Below are positions 53,640 through 62,926 of a DNA stretch of 64,000 bases, piece after piece. Source of the stretch: Candidatus Limnocylindrales bacterium (GTDB taxonomy: Bacteria; Chloroflexota; Limnocylindria; Limnocylindrales; CSP1-4); contig JBBRCU010000014.1 in assembly GCA_038204565.1 (NCBI GenBank), forward strand, positions 3,541-67,540, written 5' to 3'. The stretch's first letter is position 1. Every line of letters starts with the position of its first letter. The notes beneath the pieces are model-generated. The model was not told where the DNA came from. It made no database searches and saw nothing but the letters and a program-made list of their open reading frames with translations. Position numbers and translations under genes: made by a program.

Positions 53640-53850
53640 CAGGTGTCTCGCGGCTGCCACGCCCGTTGCCACGCTCGGCGGCTGCTCGAGGGCTGGTGGC
53701 GCCTGAGGCGACGACGCCCGGAGTTCGCCAGCCCGAGTCGCCCTGCAGCCCACCGACTCCTTGTGCCGAGCAGGAAAGAAGGCCCCGACCCTGACCGGTC
53801 GAGGCCTCCTCTCGGCGTCGATAGTGACGCGACAATCCCGTCTTGTGCGC

Positions 53851-54312
53851 TCAGACTCCGGCAGCCACCACGACCCTGACCGCTCCCTGGTCGGTGCCGG
53901 CGACATCGAGCGCCTGCGGCTCGGTGGTCCTGCCGACCATTTCGGTTTCCGTTCCGGCGCCGGCGCAAACGCCGTTCGCAGTCATCACGAGCTCTGCGGC
54001 GTGCACCGCAAGGCTCGTGCGGAGGGCCTCCGCACTGCGCCGCCGGCGCTCCACGTCCTCGGCGACGACCTGCGCGACGAGCCCGGCCAGGCCCGGCATC
54101 TGGAACAGGCCGAACCTGATCCCGATCGTTGCCAGCTCGTCGGCGCCATAGCCGCGGTACAGCCCGCGACCGGCGACGGCGCACATCTCGTCGTAGAGCT
54201 CCGGCCAGCCGACCCGACGCCGGCGATGACAGAACCGGACGAAATCGATCGCCTCCGTGTCAGCGGCCGGGGCGGCGGCGAACGCACGTCCGCCAGCGTT
54301 CGTTCGATCCAT
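53851..54312 (-). CDS. Hypothetical protein (153 aa)
   Basis: From the ATG at 54312 (GGAGGA 9-10 nt upstream): MDRTNAGGRAF...DFVRFCHRRRRVGWPELYDEMCAVAGRGLYRGYGADELATIGIRFGLFQMPGL... The 5-prime 74 codons of the track ORF have low GC3 and run through a direct-repeat array. Confidence 0.6.
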   Translation of the reverse strand: MDRTNAGGRAFAAAPAADTEAIDFVRFCHRRRRVGWPELYDEMCAVAGRGLYRGYGADELATIGIRFGLFQMPGLAGLVAQVVAEDVERRRRSAEALRTSLAVHAAELVMTANGVCAGAGTETEMVGRTTEPQALDVAGTDQGAVRVVVAAGV

Positions 54313-54498
54313 CGATGGCCGATCCTCCATTCCTCTATCGGCGCAAGGCAGCGCCGTGCCAGCGTCCGGCGCACTGACGGATTGGGTCAGGCCAGACGTC
54401 CCTTGGGGACCCATCGATCCGAGAGTCCGTCCCTCGCGGAGGCCCTCGCGTCTCGGTGGACGACCATCGTAGGCCGAGCAGCCCGACCCTAGAAGGGG

Positions 54499-54530
54499 GT
54501 TTGTCCACCAACTCGTCCACGAACTTGTCC
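54499..54530. promoter_or_regulatory. Three direct repeats T(T/C)GTCCAC spaced exactly 12 nt apart
   Basis: ttgtccac caac tcgtccac gaac ttgtccac are at 54499, 54511 and 54523. They lie about 190 nt upstream of the minus-strand gene start at 54312. A palindrome GAACGTTC follows. Confidence 0.5.
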
Positions 54531-54575
54531 ACATGGAACGAACGTTCTTGCAAACGCCTCACGGACAGGCGCCGA

Positions 54576-55643
54576 TCAGTCCGCCGATCGCCCTCGATCG
54601 GCCTTCCGGCCGACGCCCAGCCCGGGCGCGGCCGAGAGGTTCCAGCGACAGTCCTCGCCGAGGACGAGCCCGTCGAAGGGGTCGTCGGCGAGGAGGAGAT
54701 TGCCGTCGAGGTCGACCCAATCCGCCAGCGATGCGACGGCCGCCGAAGCGGCGATCCCGATCGACGTCTCCTCCATGCAGCCCAGGAACGTCCGGAAGCC
54801 GAGCTCTCGAGCGCGGGCCAGCATCGCCTTCGCGGGCGCGATCCCACCGCATTTCGCGAGCTTGACGTTGACGCCGGCAACGACCCCGACGAGTGATTCG
54901 AGATCCTCGATCGTGACCGCGCTCTCGTCCGCCACGATCGGCAGCGCCGAGCGGTCCTGGAGCCAGCGGAGCTGGTCAAGCCGGCGGGCCGGGAACGGCT
55001 GCTCGATAAGCTCCACCCCAAGACGCTCCAGCTCGGGCAGAAGGGCGAGCGCGTCCTCCGGCAGCCAGCCCGTGTTGGCGTCGACCCGGATCGGCCCGCC
55101 GTAGACGGCGCGAACCGCCTCGAGCGTCGCGAGATCGTCGGGCCCGCCGCACTTGATCTTCAGGGCGGGGAACCGGGCTGCTCGTCTGGCCCGCTCGGCG
55201 ACGACGGCAGGCATGTCGAGGCCCAGGGTGAAATCCGTCGGGGGGATCGGCCCGGGCAACTCCAGGAACTCGGAGATGGACGTCCCGAGGACCTTGCCGA
55301 CGAGGTCGTGAAGGGCGATATCCAGGGCACACTTGGCGCCGCCGTGATGGGCGATCGACGCAGCCATCCGGGCGCTCGCATCCTCCAGGCCGGCCCGGCT
55401 CGGCGCAACCTCGCCGACCGCTTCGAGCAGCCACGGCAGCACGGCAGCCATGGTCTCGATCGTGTCGCCGTAGAAGCGGTCCGGATAGCCCTCGCCGATT
55501 CCGACGACGCCCGGGAACCGGTCATCGCGGACCTCGAGGATGACGGTCGTCACGACATGCCCGGCATCGTGATCGGAGCGGGCGATCCGGAATGGGTCCC
55601 GGAGGGCGAGGCGGAGGACCTCCTGGCTGACGTGCAGCGCCAT
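54576..55643 (-). CDS. Enolase-superfamily dipeptide epimerase / N-acyl amino acid racemase-like (DgcA-like)
   Basis: ALDIALHDLVGK, KIKCGG, RVDANTGW, IEQPF, IVADES and NVKLAKCGG give the metal-binding and catalytic Lys pattern of the MLE subgroup. Confidence 0.85.
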   Translation of the reverse strand: MALHVSQEVLRLALRDPFRIARSDHDAGHVVTTVILEVRDDRFPGVVGIGEGYPDRFYGDTIETMAAVLPWLLEAVGEVAPSRAGLEDASARMAASIAHHGGAKCALDIALHDLVGKVLGTSISEFLELPGPIPPTDFTLGLDMPAVVAERARRAARFPALKIKCGGPDDLATLEAVRAVYGGPIRVDANTGWLPEDALALLPELERLGVELIEQPFPARRLDQLRWLQDRSALPIVADESAVTIEDLESLVGVVAGVNVKLAKCGGIAPAKAMLARARELGFRTFLGCMEETSIGIAASAAVASLADWVDLDGNLLLADDPFDGLVLGEDCRWNLSAAPGLGVGRKADRGRSAD

Positions 55644-55644
55644 C

Positions 55645-56766
55645 TCAGGCGCCGCCGACCCAGGGCAGGGCGTCGACGGCCGTCTCGATCTTCGACCACA
55701 ACGGTCCGGCCCCGAACCTGACCGGATCGTCCACCGGCAGCCCGGTCTCCGCGGCGATCCGGGCGATCTCCACGCAGGCTTCCTCGACCGAGGCGATCGC
55801 CGACGTGTTCAACGCGATCGCGACCACACGCGACGGCGCGATCAGTCCGGCCATCCGCTCGTGGAGGTCGATGAATGGCCGCAGGTCGGCGATCGGGAAC
55901 GAGGCGTCGGGCAGGTGGTCGAAGTCGTGCTCGGTCTGGCCGGCCTTGTGGACGAGGATCATCGCTTGTGGTGTAGCACCGTGGATCAGGGCGAGCGTGA
56001 CCGACGAATAGGCCGGATGGTCGAGCGAACCCTGGCCCTCGACGATCACCCAGTCGCCGCGCCGCTCGCCCTCCTCGACCAGCCATTCGACGGTGCCCTG
56101 GGCAAAGTCGCTGATCAGGCGGTCGACGGCGGCGCCCCAGCCCTCGATCATCATCCCGGTCTGGCCGGTCGGGACGAAGGATGTCGAGCGGCCGGCCGCG
56201 CGCGCAGCAGCACGCAACTCCAGCGCCACCGACATCTTGCCGATCGCGCAGTCGGTCCCGACGGTCAGGATGACCCGCTTCCCTGCCCCGTGGCGGCGCC
56301 CGACGGAGGTCTCGCGGCGGTCCGGCGGCCTGCGGTAGTCGACGATGGCGGTGCCGGCCCCACGCGCGGCCGCCGCGAACTCCGGATCGTCGCCGAGGAA
56401 GGTGTGGAGCCCGGAATGAACGTCGAGCCCGGCCTCGATCGCCGCGAGGATCGTCGCCCGCCAGCTGTCGGGTAGTTTGCCGCCCGTCGGGGCGATCCCG
56501 ATCAGCAGCGTGTCCGGCCGGGGATCACGCTCGAGAGCGTCGGCCAGCGTTGCGACGATCGGGATGTCGCGCCCGGGCAGGATGGCCGAGACGTTGCCGC
56601 CGGCCTGGGTCGAGTCGATCACCGCCCGGACGTCGTCCGGCCCGTAGCGGATCACCCCGACGGCGGTCTTGCCGTGGTGGAACCCGAAGTTGCCCTCGGC
56701 CAGGATGGCCAGACGGCGCGGGCTCGATGGAGGAGCGTCGAATGTTGGTGCAGGCAGATCAATCAC
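55645..56766 (-). CDS. DUF1611 domain protein (DgcN-like putative N-acetyltransferase)
   Basis: LAILAEGNFGFHHGKTAVGVIRY and ILTVGTDCAIGKMSVALEL are present, with IVEGQGSLDHPAYSSVTLALIHG. Its stop abuts the epimerase start, 1 nt apart. Confidence 0.8.
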   Translation of the reverse strand: MIDLPAPTFDAPPSSPRRLAILAEGNFGFHHGKTAVGVIRYGPDDVRAVIDSTQAGGNVSAILPGRDIPIVATLADALERDPRPDTLLIGIAPTGGKLPDSWRATILAAIEAGLDVHSGLHTFLGDDPEFAAAARGAGTAIVDYRRPPDRRETSVGRRHGAGKRVILTVGTDCAIGKMSVALELRAAARAAGRSTSFVPTGQTGMMIEGWGAAVDRLISDFAQGTVEWLVEEGERRGDWVIVEGQGSLDHPAYSSVTLALIHGATPQAMILVHKAGQTEHDFDHLPDASFPIADLRPFIDLHERMAGLIAPSRVVAIALNTSAIASVEEACVEIARIAAETGLPVDDPVRFGAGPLWSKIETAVDALPWVGGA

Positions 56767-56830
56767 CGGCTGAGTCTACGGAACTGCAGGGCCGACAGGC
56801 GCGCCGATCCGGAGATCGGCTGGTTGGGGC

Positions 56831-56907
56831 TGGTACCGCATACCGGATTCGAACCGGTGATCTCCGCCTTGAGAGGGCGGTGTCCTGGGCCTCTAGACGA
56901 ATGCGGC
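56831..56907 (-). tRNA. tRNA-Glu (anticodon CTC), CCA encoded
   Basis: The reverse complement is GCCGCATTCGTCTAGAGGCCCAGGACACCGCCCTCTCAAGGCGGAGATCACCGGTTCGAATCCGGTATGCGGTACCA. The anticodon arm is CCGCC-CTCTCAA-GGCGG and the T-arm is ACCGG-TTCGAAT-CCGGT. Confidence 0.9.
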
Positions 56908-56999
56908 GCCGGGCGGCGGCGACGGATCGATGTCGCGGCCGGACCGGGATGATAGCAATGGACCGCGATCGTCGCCAGCCGCGCCGAACGATCGAACGC

Positions 57000-57878
57000 T
57001 CACAGGCGGTGTGCCTCGAGGAAGCCGCGGATCGCGTCGGCGACCTGCTGGTGGCTCTGCTCACCGACGATCAGCCCGTAGTGCGAATGGGCGCCGAACG
57101 GCTCGTACTCCGCCCCGAGCCAGGTCGCCACCTGCTCCGAGGTCGGCTCGGCGACCACACTGTCCAGCCCGGCGCCGATCACGAGCCGGGGGATCTCGGC
57201 CAGCGGCCGCGGATCGACCTCGACCCCGCCGAGCACCGCCCGTCGGGCCCGGCCACTTTCGTGCGGCTTCTGGCCGAGCAGGTGCTGGATCCTGAGGACG
57301 TCGCCGATCGTGAGGTCGCGATGGTCCCGCTGGAGCTTCTCGGGCAGCGTGGACCAGCCGATTCGGGCGCGGCCATAGACGTCCGGCACGTCGCGCAGGA
57401 GGTGGGTCGGGGCGGAACGGCGGACGGCGGCAGGCGGCTCGGGCGATAAGAGGACCAACCCGCCGAGAGGAGCCTGCTCGGCCGCCTTGAGCGCCAGCAG
57501 GCCGCCGAGCCCGTGGCCGATCACCACGGTGGTCGGGCCCAGTCGGTTGAGCGCCCCCAGCACGTCGTCGACGTACGACTCGAAGGTCAGCTCCGTCGGA
57601 TCGACCGTCCGCGACCAGAAGTGATTCTGGAGGTTGAGCGCGTGGCCCTCCCAGCCGCGCGACGCGAAGTAGCCGAGGAAGCGCTCCCAGATCCACGAGC
57701 CGGCAAGCTCGCCATGGACGAACAGGAGGGGCTTCCGGCGCGACCGCCGCTCCGGCAGCCAGGACTCGATGTAGACGCCGCGGTCGTGGAGCTCGATCTC
57801 GTCCTTCCGGATCGGACGGCCGTTGGCCGACGGGACCTGGGCTCGGGCGAGGATCTGCTCCGGGGTCGATTCGGTCAT
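57000..57878 (-). CDS. Alpha/beta-hydrolase fold protein with Gly in place of the nucleophile Ser (GHGLGG)
   Basis: From the ATG at 57878. LLFVHGELAGSWIW is the oxyanion HG motif and TTVVIGHGLGGLLALKAA is the elbow. GAGLDSVV (Asp) and GAHSHYG (His) are retained. Confidence 0.75.
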   Translation of the reverse strand: MTESTPEQILARAQVPSANGRPIRKDEIELHDRGVYIESWLPERRSRRKPLLFVHGELAGSWIWERFLGYFASRGWEGHALNLQNHFWSRTVDPTELTFESYVDDVLGALNRLGPTTVVIGHGLGGLLALKAAEQAPLGGLVLLSPEPPAAVRRSAPTHLLRDVPDVYGRARIGWSTLPEKLQRDHRDLTIGDVLRIQHLLGQKPHESGRARRAVLGGVEVDPRPLAEIPRLVIGAGLDSVVAEPTSEQVATWLGAEYEPFGAHSHYGLIVGEQSHQQVADAIRGFLEAHRL

Positions 57879-57915
57879 CGACGATTCACGCGGGCCGAGG
57901 AACTGGACATCGCGG

Positions 57916-59238
57916 TCACCATTCAAGCGGGTTGATCACGAGGCCGGTGAGGGCCTTCGGAAAGAAATAGGTCGACTTCTGGGGCATGACGTCGCCATCG
58001 GCGGCAACCGCGACGATTGCGCCGACAGGCGTCGGCTCGAGAAGGAACGCGGCATCGACCCCACCCGCGCCGCCATCCACCGCGTCGATCGCCTCCTCCG
58101 CCGACTTCGTGAACGTGACCCGGCCGCCGGCCGCAACCGCGGCCGGGCCGAGAGCCGTGAGACGCTCGAGGGCGACTCCCAGCAGGACCACGTCGAGTGA
58201 TCGGACGGTCGCGCCGCCAGGCGGCAGGAACGGCTCAAACGCCGCTCGCCGAGCGGTCAGGATTGCCCCGCCCTCGACGGTCCAGAGGCCAAACCTGCCC
58301 GCGCCGCCGGGTGCCCCAGCAGCGCCACCGAATGTTGCGAGCAGCTCCTCACGCCCCGCGGGGGCAACCGTGAACAGGTCGCCCAGCTCTTCGCGGAGGC
58401 GCGTGATCCCGACGCTCCCGAGTCCGGATACGAGGCGATGAGTCGGCAGGACCGTCAGCGACTCGGCCGACGTCTCGAGGAACAGCATGAGCAGGTAATC
58501 GAACGCCGGGTCCTCCTCGCACGACCGGCTCATCCGCCGCTCGTTACGATAGCGAAGAGCCGTCTCGTAGCGGTGATGGCCGTCGGCGATCGTGACCGGA
58601 TCGGCTCCGGAGATCGCGATCAACTCCGCGACGGCGGCGCTGGACGGCCCATCGGCATCGACGACCCACAGGCGGTGACGCGTGCCGTCGCCGTCCGCGA
58701 CGTCGATCGCCGCCGGCCCGGTCGCGAGGGTGGCGAGGATCGCCGAGGCTCGGCCGCTCGGATCGTCGTACAGCCCGATGACCGGGCTCGTGTTGACCCC
58801 GGTCGCCCGGAGGAGCCGGTAGCGGTCCTCACGCGGCGCCGCCAGGGTCCGCTCGTGAGGCAGGACGCCGGCGGGCGGGTCGAGGGATTCCAGGCGGAGC
58901 CGCGCGAAGAATCCACGCTGCATCCGCTCGTTCGTTGTACCGGGGACTCGGTAGGTTTGCTCCTGGACGTAGATCGCCGGGCGCGGATCCTTGTGGAGGG
59001 TCCCGTCGGATCGCCAGGCAGCCAGCGTCCGGGCCGCACGGCGATAACGCTCGTCGGCGGCGTCGCCCGGCTCGTCGGCGGGAGCGTCGAGCCGGACGAC
59101 ATTCCGCGGATGGCGGGCCGCGAGTGCGGCACGTTCAGCGAGACCGAGGACGTCGTACGGCGGCGCCATCACCGCGGCCAGGTCGCCGACCGTATCGGGG
59201 GCATAGCGAAGGGCGCGGAAGGGACGGATGTGGGGCAC
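57916..59238 (-). CDS. DUF1015 family protein
   Basis: From GTG 59238 (GAGGAG upstream): VPHIRPFRALRYAP...APPYDV...LPHERTLAAPREDR...ADGHHRYETAL. Confidence 0.8.
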   Translation of the reverse strand: MPHIRPFRALRYAPDTVGDLAAVMAPPYDVLGLAERAALAARHPRNVVRLDAPADEPGDAADERYRRAARTLAAWRSDGTLHKDPRPAIYVQEQTYRVPGTTNERMQRGFFARLRLESLDPPAGVLPHERTLAAPREDRYRLLRATGVNTSPVIGLYDDPSGRASAILATLATGPAAIDVADGDGTRHRLWVVDADGPSSAAVAELIAISGADPVTIADGHHRYETALRYRNERRMSRSCEEDPAFDYLLMLFLETSAESLTVLPTHRLVSGLGSVGITRLREELGDLFTVAPAGREELLATFGGAAGAPGGAGRFGLWTVEGGAILTARRAAFEPFLPPGGATVRSLDVVLLGVALERLTALGPAAVAAGGRVTFTKSAEEAIDAVDGGAGGVDAAFLLEPTPVGAIVAVAADGDVMPQKSTYFFPKALTGLVINPLEW

Positions 59239-59470
59239 GGGCTCCTCGGGTCGACGGTCGCACAGCGGGCGGATCGGCAGCAGGCCTCGAGCGGGTGACG
59301 CCGCGACGGCCGCCCCCGACCGGCATCGTACGATAGCCGCGCCGGTCGTGCCGTCAACGACCGGTCTGATCGAGTCGACCCACCTGGCCAGCATCCGCTA
59401 CCGGCGCAACTTTCCGGGGGGCCGGGACGTCGATGCTCCGACCGCAAGCCGCTTTCCTACCGGAGTCCCC

Positions 59471-61969
59471 GTGACCCGTCACGCGCCACGCCGGATCCTG
59501 CGCCTGCTGGCCCGCTGCGTAATCGCCGCCGTCCTTGTCCTGGCCGTCCTGGGGCCGGGGGCATCGATCGCCGGGGCGGCTGATCCGCCGACGATGACGG
59601 CGCGGGTCCTGCTCCAGGGCCATGCCCGCCTCGGGTCATGGATGGCGATCGAGGTCCACCTCGTCAACTCGGGTCCATCGATCTCGGGCGAGCTCAGGCT
59701 CCAGGGCGGGACCCAGGGCGGCACGCGCTACGCAACGGCAGTCCAGCTCGACAGCCCATCCGACAAGACCTGGGTCCTCCACGCCCAGCCGCCGTCGTTC
59801 GGTCAGCAGCTCGAGGTCGTGCTGGCCAGCGCTGACCAGATCCTCCTCCGCCAGAAGGTCGCGGTGACGATCCACGATCCCGGCCAGCTCGTCGTCGGGG
59901 TCGTCGCCGAGGCGGCGCCGAAGATCGTCGGGACGCTCAGCCTGCCTGCCGTCCAGAACCAACAGTCGGCCGTCATCGTGCCCTTGACGGTCGCCGACCT
60001 GCCCACCCGGATCGAGGCGTGGTCGGCGCTCGACCGGCTGATCTGGCAGGACGTCGACGCGTCGACCTTGAGCGCCGATCAGCTGACCGCCCTGCGGGGC
60101 TGGCTCGCGCTCGGCGGACGACTCGTGATCGTCGGCGGGACGGCCGGGATCGGCACGCTCGGGGGCTTTCCCGACGATCTCCTGCCCTACCGCCCGACCG
60201 CAACGGTCGACGTCGCACCTGCGTCCCTCATCTCGCTCCTCGGAACGCCGCCTGCCGGCGCCGGCGACCTCCCGGCGATGGCCGGCGAGCTGACGCACGG
60301 CCGAGTGCTCGCAACGAGTGGCGATCGGGTCGTGGCCGCCCAGGCGACCTACGGCAGCGGCTCCGTGACCATCCTCGGCATCGACCCGACCGTCGGCTGG
60401 GCCGCCCAGGCTGCGACCGGCCACTCGCTGTGGCCGGCCCTCATCCCGACCCGATCCGAGGGAACAGTCGGGATGAGCGACGACAGCCAGATCGTGAGCG
60501 CGGTCGGCAACCTGCCATCGTTGGCCCTGCCGCCGCTGGGCGGGCTGCTCCTCCTGCTGTTCGGCTACATTGCGCTGATCGGCCCGCTCAACTATCTGAT
60601 CCTTCGCCGGATCGACCGCCGCGAGTGGGCGTGGATCACGATGCCGGTCCTGATCGTCGGCTTCGCGGTTGGGGCGTATGCGTTCGGTTCGGCCCTGCGC
60701 GGGAGCAGCGTCATCGTCAACGAGGTTGGGATCGTTCGCGGAGCGCCCGACGCCGTGGAGGGCAGCGCCCAGGTCTATCTCGGCATCTTCTCGCCCGCCC
60801 GCGGCACGTACCAGGTGTCGGTCCCGGGCGGAGCGCTCCTGTCATCGCCGATCTCGGGCGACATCTTCGGCGGAGCCGGGGCGACCCTCGACGTCGTCCA
60901 GGGCGACCCGCCCGGGCCGTCACGCGTCCGTGATCTCGCGGTCGGGTTCGGATCCCTCCGGACGATCCGGGCCGAGTCGCAGGCCGTCGTGCCGAAGATC
61001 CATGCGGAGCTGTCGCTCGTCAACGGGACGCTCACGGGCACGATCCGCAACGACTCGGCGGTCAAGCTGGAGAAGCCGGCGATCGTTCTCGGTGGCAACG
61101 TCCGGGTCCTGAAGGATCTCCAGCCCGGCGAAGTCGCCCCGGTCTCCTTGCCGATCCTGACCAGCACGGCCTTCGGACAGTCGCTGTCGGATCGAATCTT
61201 CGGCCAGATCTTCTTCGGCCAGACCGGGTCGACCAGCGAGACCGCGAGACGCGACCAGACGCGCCACCAGGTGGTCGACCAGCTGACCTACGACCCGCAG
61301 TTCGGCAATTCCGGGCGGCTGTCCTCCGACGGACCCGTCCTGCTCGCCTGGGGCCGCGACCCCATCCTCGACGTTGCGGTCGAGGGCCAGAGCACGAACC
61401 GGGTGAGCGACGTCCTGTTCGACATCTCCCTGTCGATGGGTGTACACGGTCCGGTTGTGTTCAGCGGCGACCTCGTCAAGAGCACGATGACCGAAACGGA
61501 CGCGGCCTTCTTCAGCAAGGATCCGTCGATGATGAGCTTCGGGCAGGGCACGGTCACCATGACCTATCGGCCGATTGCGTTCGAAGGTACGTTTGCCGCC
61601 AGCCACATCCGGGTCGGGATCAGCTTCGGACCGGACGGATCCGTCGGCGTGACCGGCGGGGTTCCGGTGGCACCGATCCCGGATGGCTGCCTGAACGTCA
61701 AGGCACCGGCGAAGCCGCCGGCGAATTGCCCGCAACCCCTCCCCCAGGGCCAGTTCGACGGCGTTCCAGAGGTCGAGCTGTTTGATCGCACCAGCACTGG
61801 GACCTGGCATCGCCTGCCCCACCTCCAGATGGGCCAGACCTACGATGTCGCCGACCCGGCGCGATACGTCGACCCGGCCACCGGGACCGTGCTCCTCCGG
61901 TTCGTGAACGAGGGCCAGGACCAGGTCAACGCCTTCCTGGGCATGTCGATCGAGGGCACCGTGAAGTGA
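59471..61969 (+). CDS. Large (832 aa) signal-peptide and TM-anchored protein, putative ABC-transporter auxiliary component (GldG/DUF4350-like)
   Basis: From GTG 59471 (GGAG upstream). The signal-like N-terminus is ILRLLARCVIAAVLVLAVLGPGASIAGAA. RGWLALGGRLVIVGG indicates a GATase1-like fold and there are central TM helices. A GTGA overlap joins it to the ABC ATPase gene. Confidence 0.65.
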   Translation: MTRHAPRRILRLLARCVIAAVLVLAVLGPGASIAGAADPPTMTARVLLQGHARLGSWMAIEVHLVNSGPSISGELRLQGGTQGGTRYATAVQLDSPSDKTWVLHAQPPSFGQQLEVVLASADQILLRQKVAVTIHDPGQLVVGVVAEAAPKIVGTLSLPAVQNQQSAVIVPLTVADLPTRIEAWSALDRLIWQDVDASTLSADQLTALRGWLALGGRLVIVGGTAGIGTLGGFPDDLLPYRPTATVDVAPASLISLLGTPPAGAGDLPAMAGELTHGRVLATSGDRVVAAQATYGSGSVTILGIDPTVGWAAQAATGHSLWPALIPTRSEGTVGMSDDSQIVSAVGNLPSLALPPLGGLLLLLFGYIALIGPLNYLILRRIDRREWAWITMPVLIVGFAVGAYAFGSALRGSSVIVNEVGIVRGAPDAVEGSAQVYLGIFSPARGTYQVSVPGGALLSSPISGDIFGGAGATLDVVQGDPPGPSRVRDLAVGFGSLRTIRAESQAVVPKIHAELSLVNGTLTGTIRNDSAVKLEKPAIVLGGNVRVLKDLQPGEVAPVSLPILTSTAFGQSLSDRIFGQIFFGQTGSTSETARRDQTRHQVVDQLTYDPQFGNSGRLSSDGPVLLAWGRDPILDVAVEGQSTNRVSDVLFDISLSMGVHGPVVFSGDLVKSTMTETDAAFFSKDPSMMSFGQGTVTMTYRPIAFEGTFAASHIRVGISFGPDGSVGVTGGVPVAPIPDGCLNVKAPAKPPANCPQPLPQGQFDGVPEVELFDRTSTGTWHRLPHLQMGQTYDVADPARYVDPATGTVLLRFVNEGQDQVNAFLGMSIEGTVK

Positions 61970-62925
61970 CCGACGCCGTTGTCACCCGGGGCCTCGTCAA
62001 GCGCTATCCCGGGACGCTTGCCGTCGCAGGCATGGACCTGACGGTCGGGGCCGGGGAGATCTTCGGGCTCGTCGGCCCGAACGGCGCGGGCAAGACGACC
62101 ACGCTCCGGATCCTCGCGACGCTCCTGGCCGCGACCTCGGGGCACGCCGAGGTCGCCGGGATCGACGTCCGGCGGAACCCCGACGCCGCCCGTCGCGTCC
62201 TCGGCTTCATGCCGGACGTCTTCGGGGTCTACGACGACATGAAGGTCTGGGAGTACCTCGACTTCTTCGCCCGCTGCTACGGCATCCCGGGCGCCCGGCG
62301 GCGGCGGATGATCAGCGACCTCCTCGATCTCGTCGACCTCGGCGACAAGCGCGAGGCGTACGTCCAGGGCCTGTCGCGCGGCATGCAGCAGCGGCTGTGC
62401 CTTGCCCACACCCTCGTCCATGACCCCGCCGTGCTCCTCCTTGACGAGCCGGCATCCGGTCTCGACCCCCGGGCCCGGGTCGAGCTGCGGGAGCTCCTCC
62501 GTGAGCTTCGCTCCCTCGGCAAGACGATCGTCATCAGCAGCCACATCCTGCCCGAGCTCGAGGAACTGTGCACCGCGGTCGCGATCGTGGATCACGGCCA
62601 GGTCCTCGCCCACGGCAAGGTCAGCGAGATCGAGCGGAGGCTCCGCTTCGGCGCCGTTCTGCGAGTCCGGATTCTGGCTGGCCACAGGCTCGAGGATGCC
62701 CGAGCTCACTTCGCGACCGATCCCCGCGTCGCGTCAGCGACGATCCTGGACGACGGCCAGATCGAGCTCGGTTTCCGCGGCGACGACGAGGCGTCCGCTC
62801 AGATGCTTGCCGCCGCCATCGCCGCGGGGATCCGGGTCGTCTCGTTCGCCCGCGCTGCCAGCGATCTCGAGGAGCTCTTCCTCCAGGTGACGGCCGCGGC
62901 CGGCCAGCCCGGACAGGTGGCGTGA
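61966..62925 (+). CDS. ABC transporter ATP-binding protein
   Basis: It has Walker A GPNGAGKTT, signature LSRGMQQRL and Walker B LLLDEPASGLD. Confidence 0.93.
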   Translation: MTDAVVTRGLVKRYPGTLAVAGMDLTVGAGEIFGLVGPNGAGKTTTLRILATLLAATSGHAEVAGIDVRRNPDAARRVLGFMPDVFGVYDDMKVWEYLDFFARCYGIPGARRRRMISDLLDLVDLGDKREAYVQGLSRGMQQRLCLAHTLVHDPAVLLLDEPASGLDPRARVELRELLRELRSLGKTIVISSHILPELEELCTAVAIVDHGQVLAHGKVSEIERRLRFGAVLRVRILAGHRLEDARAHFATDPRVASATILDDGQIELGFRGDDEASAQMLAAAIAAGIRVVSFARAASDLEELFLQVTAAAGQPGQVA

Positions 62926-62926
62926 C

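Noticed and set aside
48326-56907. Genomic island bounded by tRNA-Arg and tRNA-Glu
   Set aside because: There is no integrase, recombinase or transposase. I could find no direct repeat of either tRNA 3-prime end. Gene content is only mildly atypical. I therefore report the odd genes individually and do not call a mobile element.
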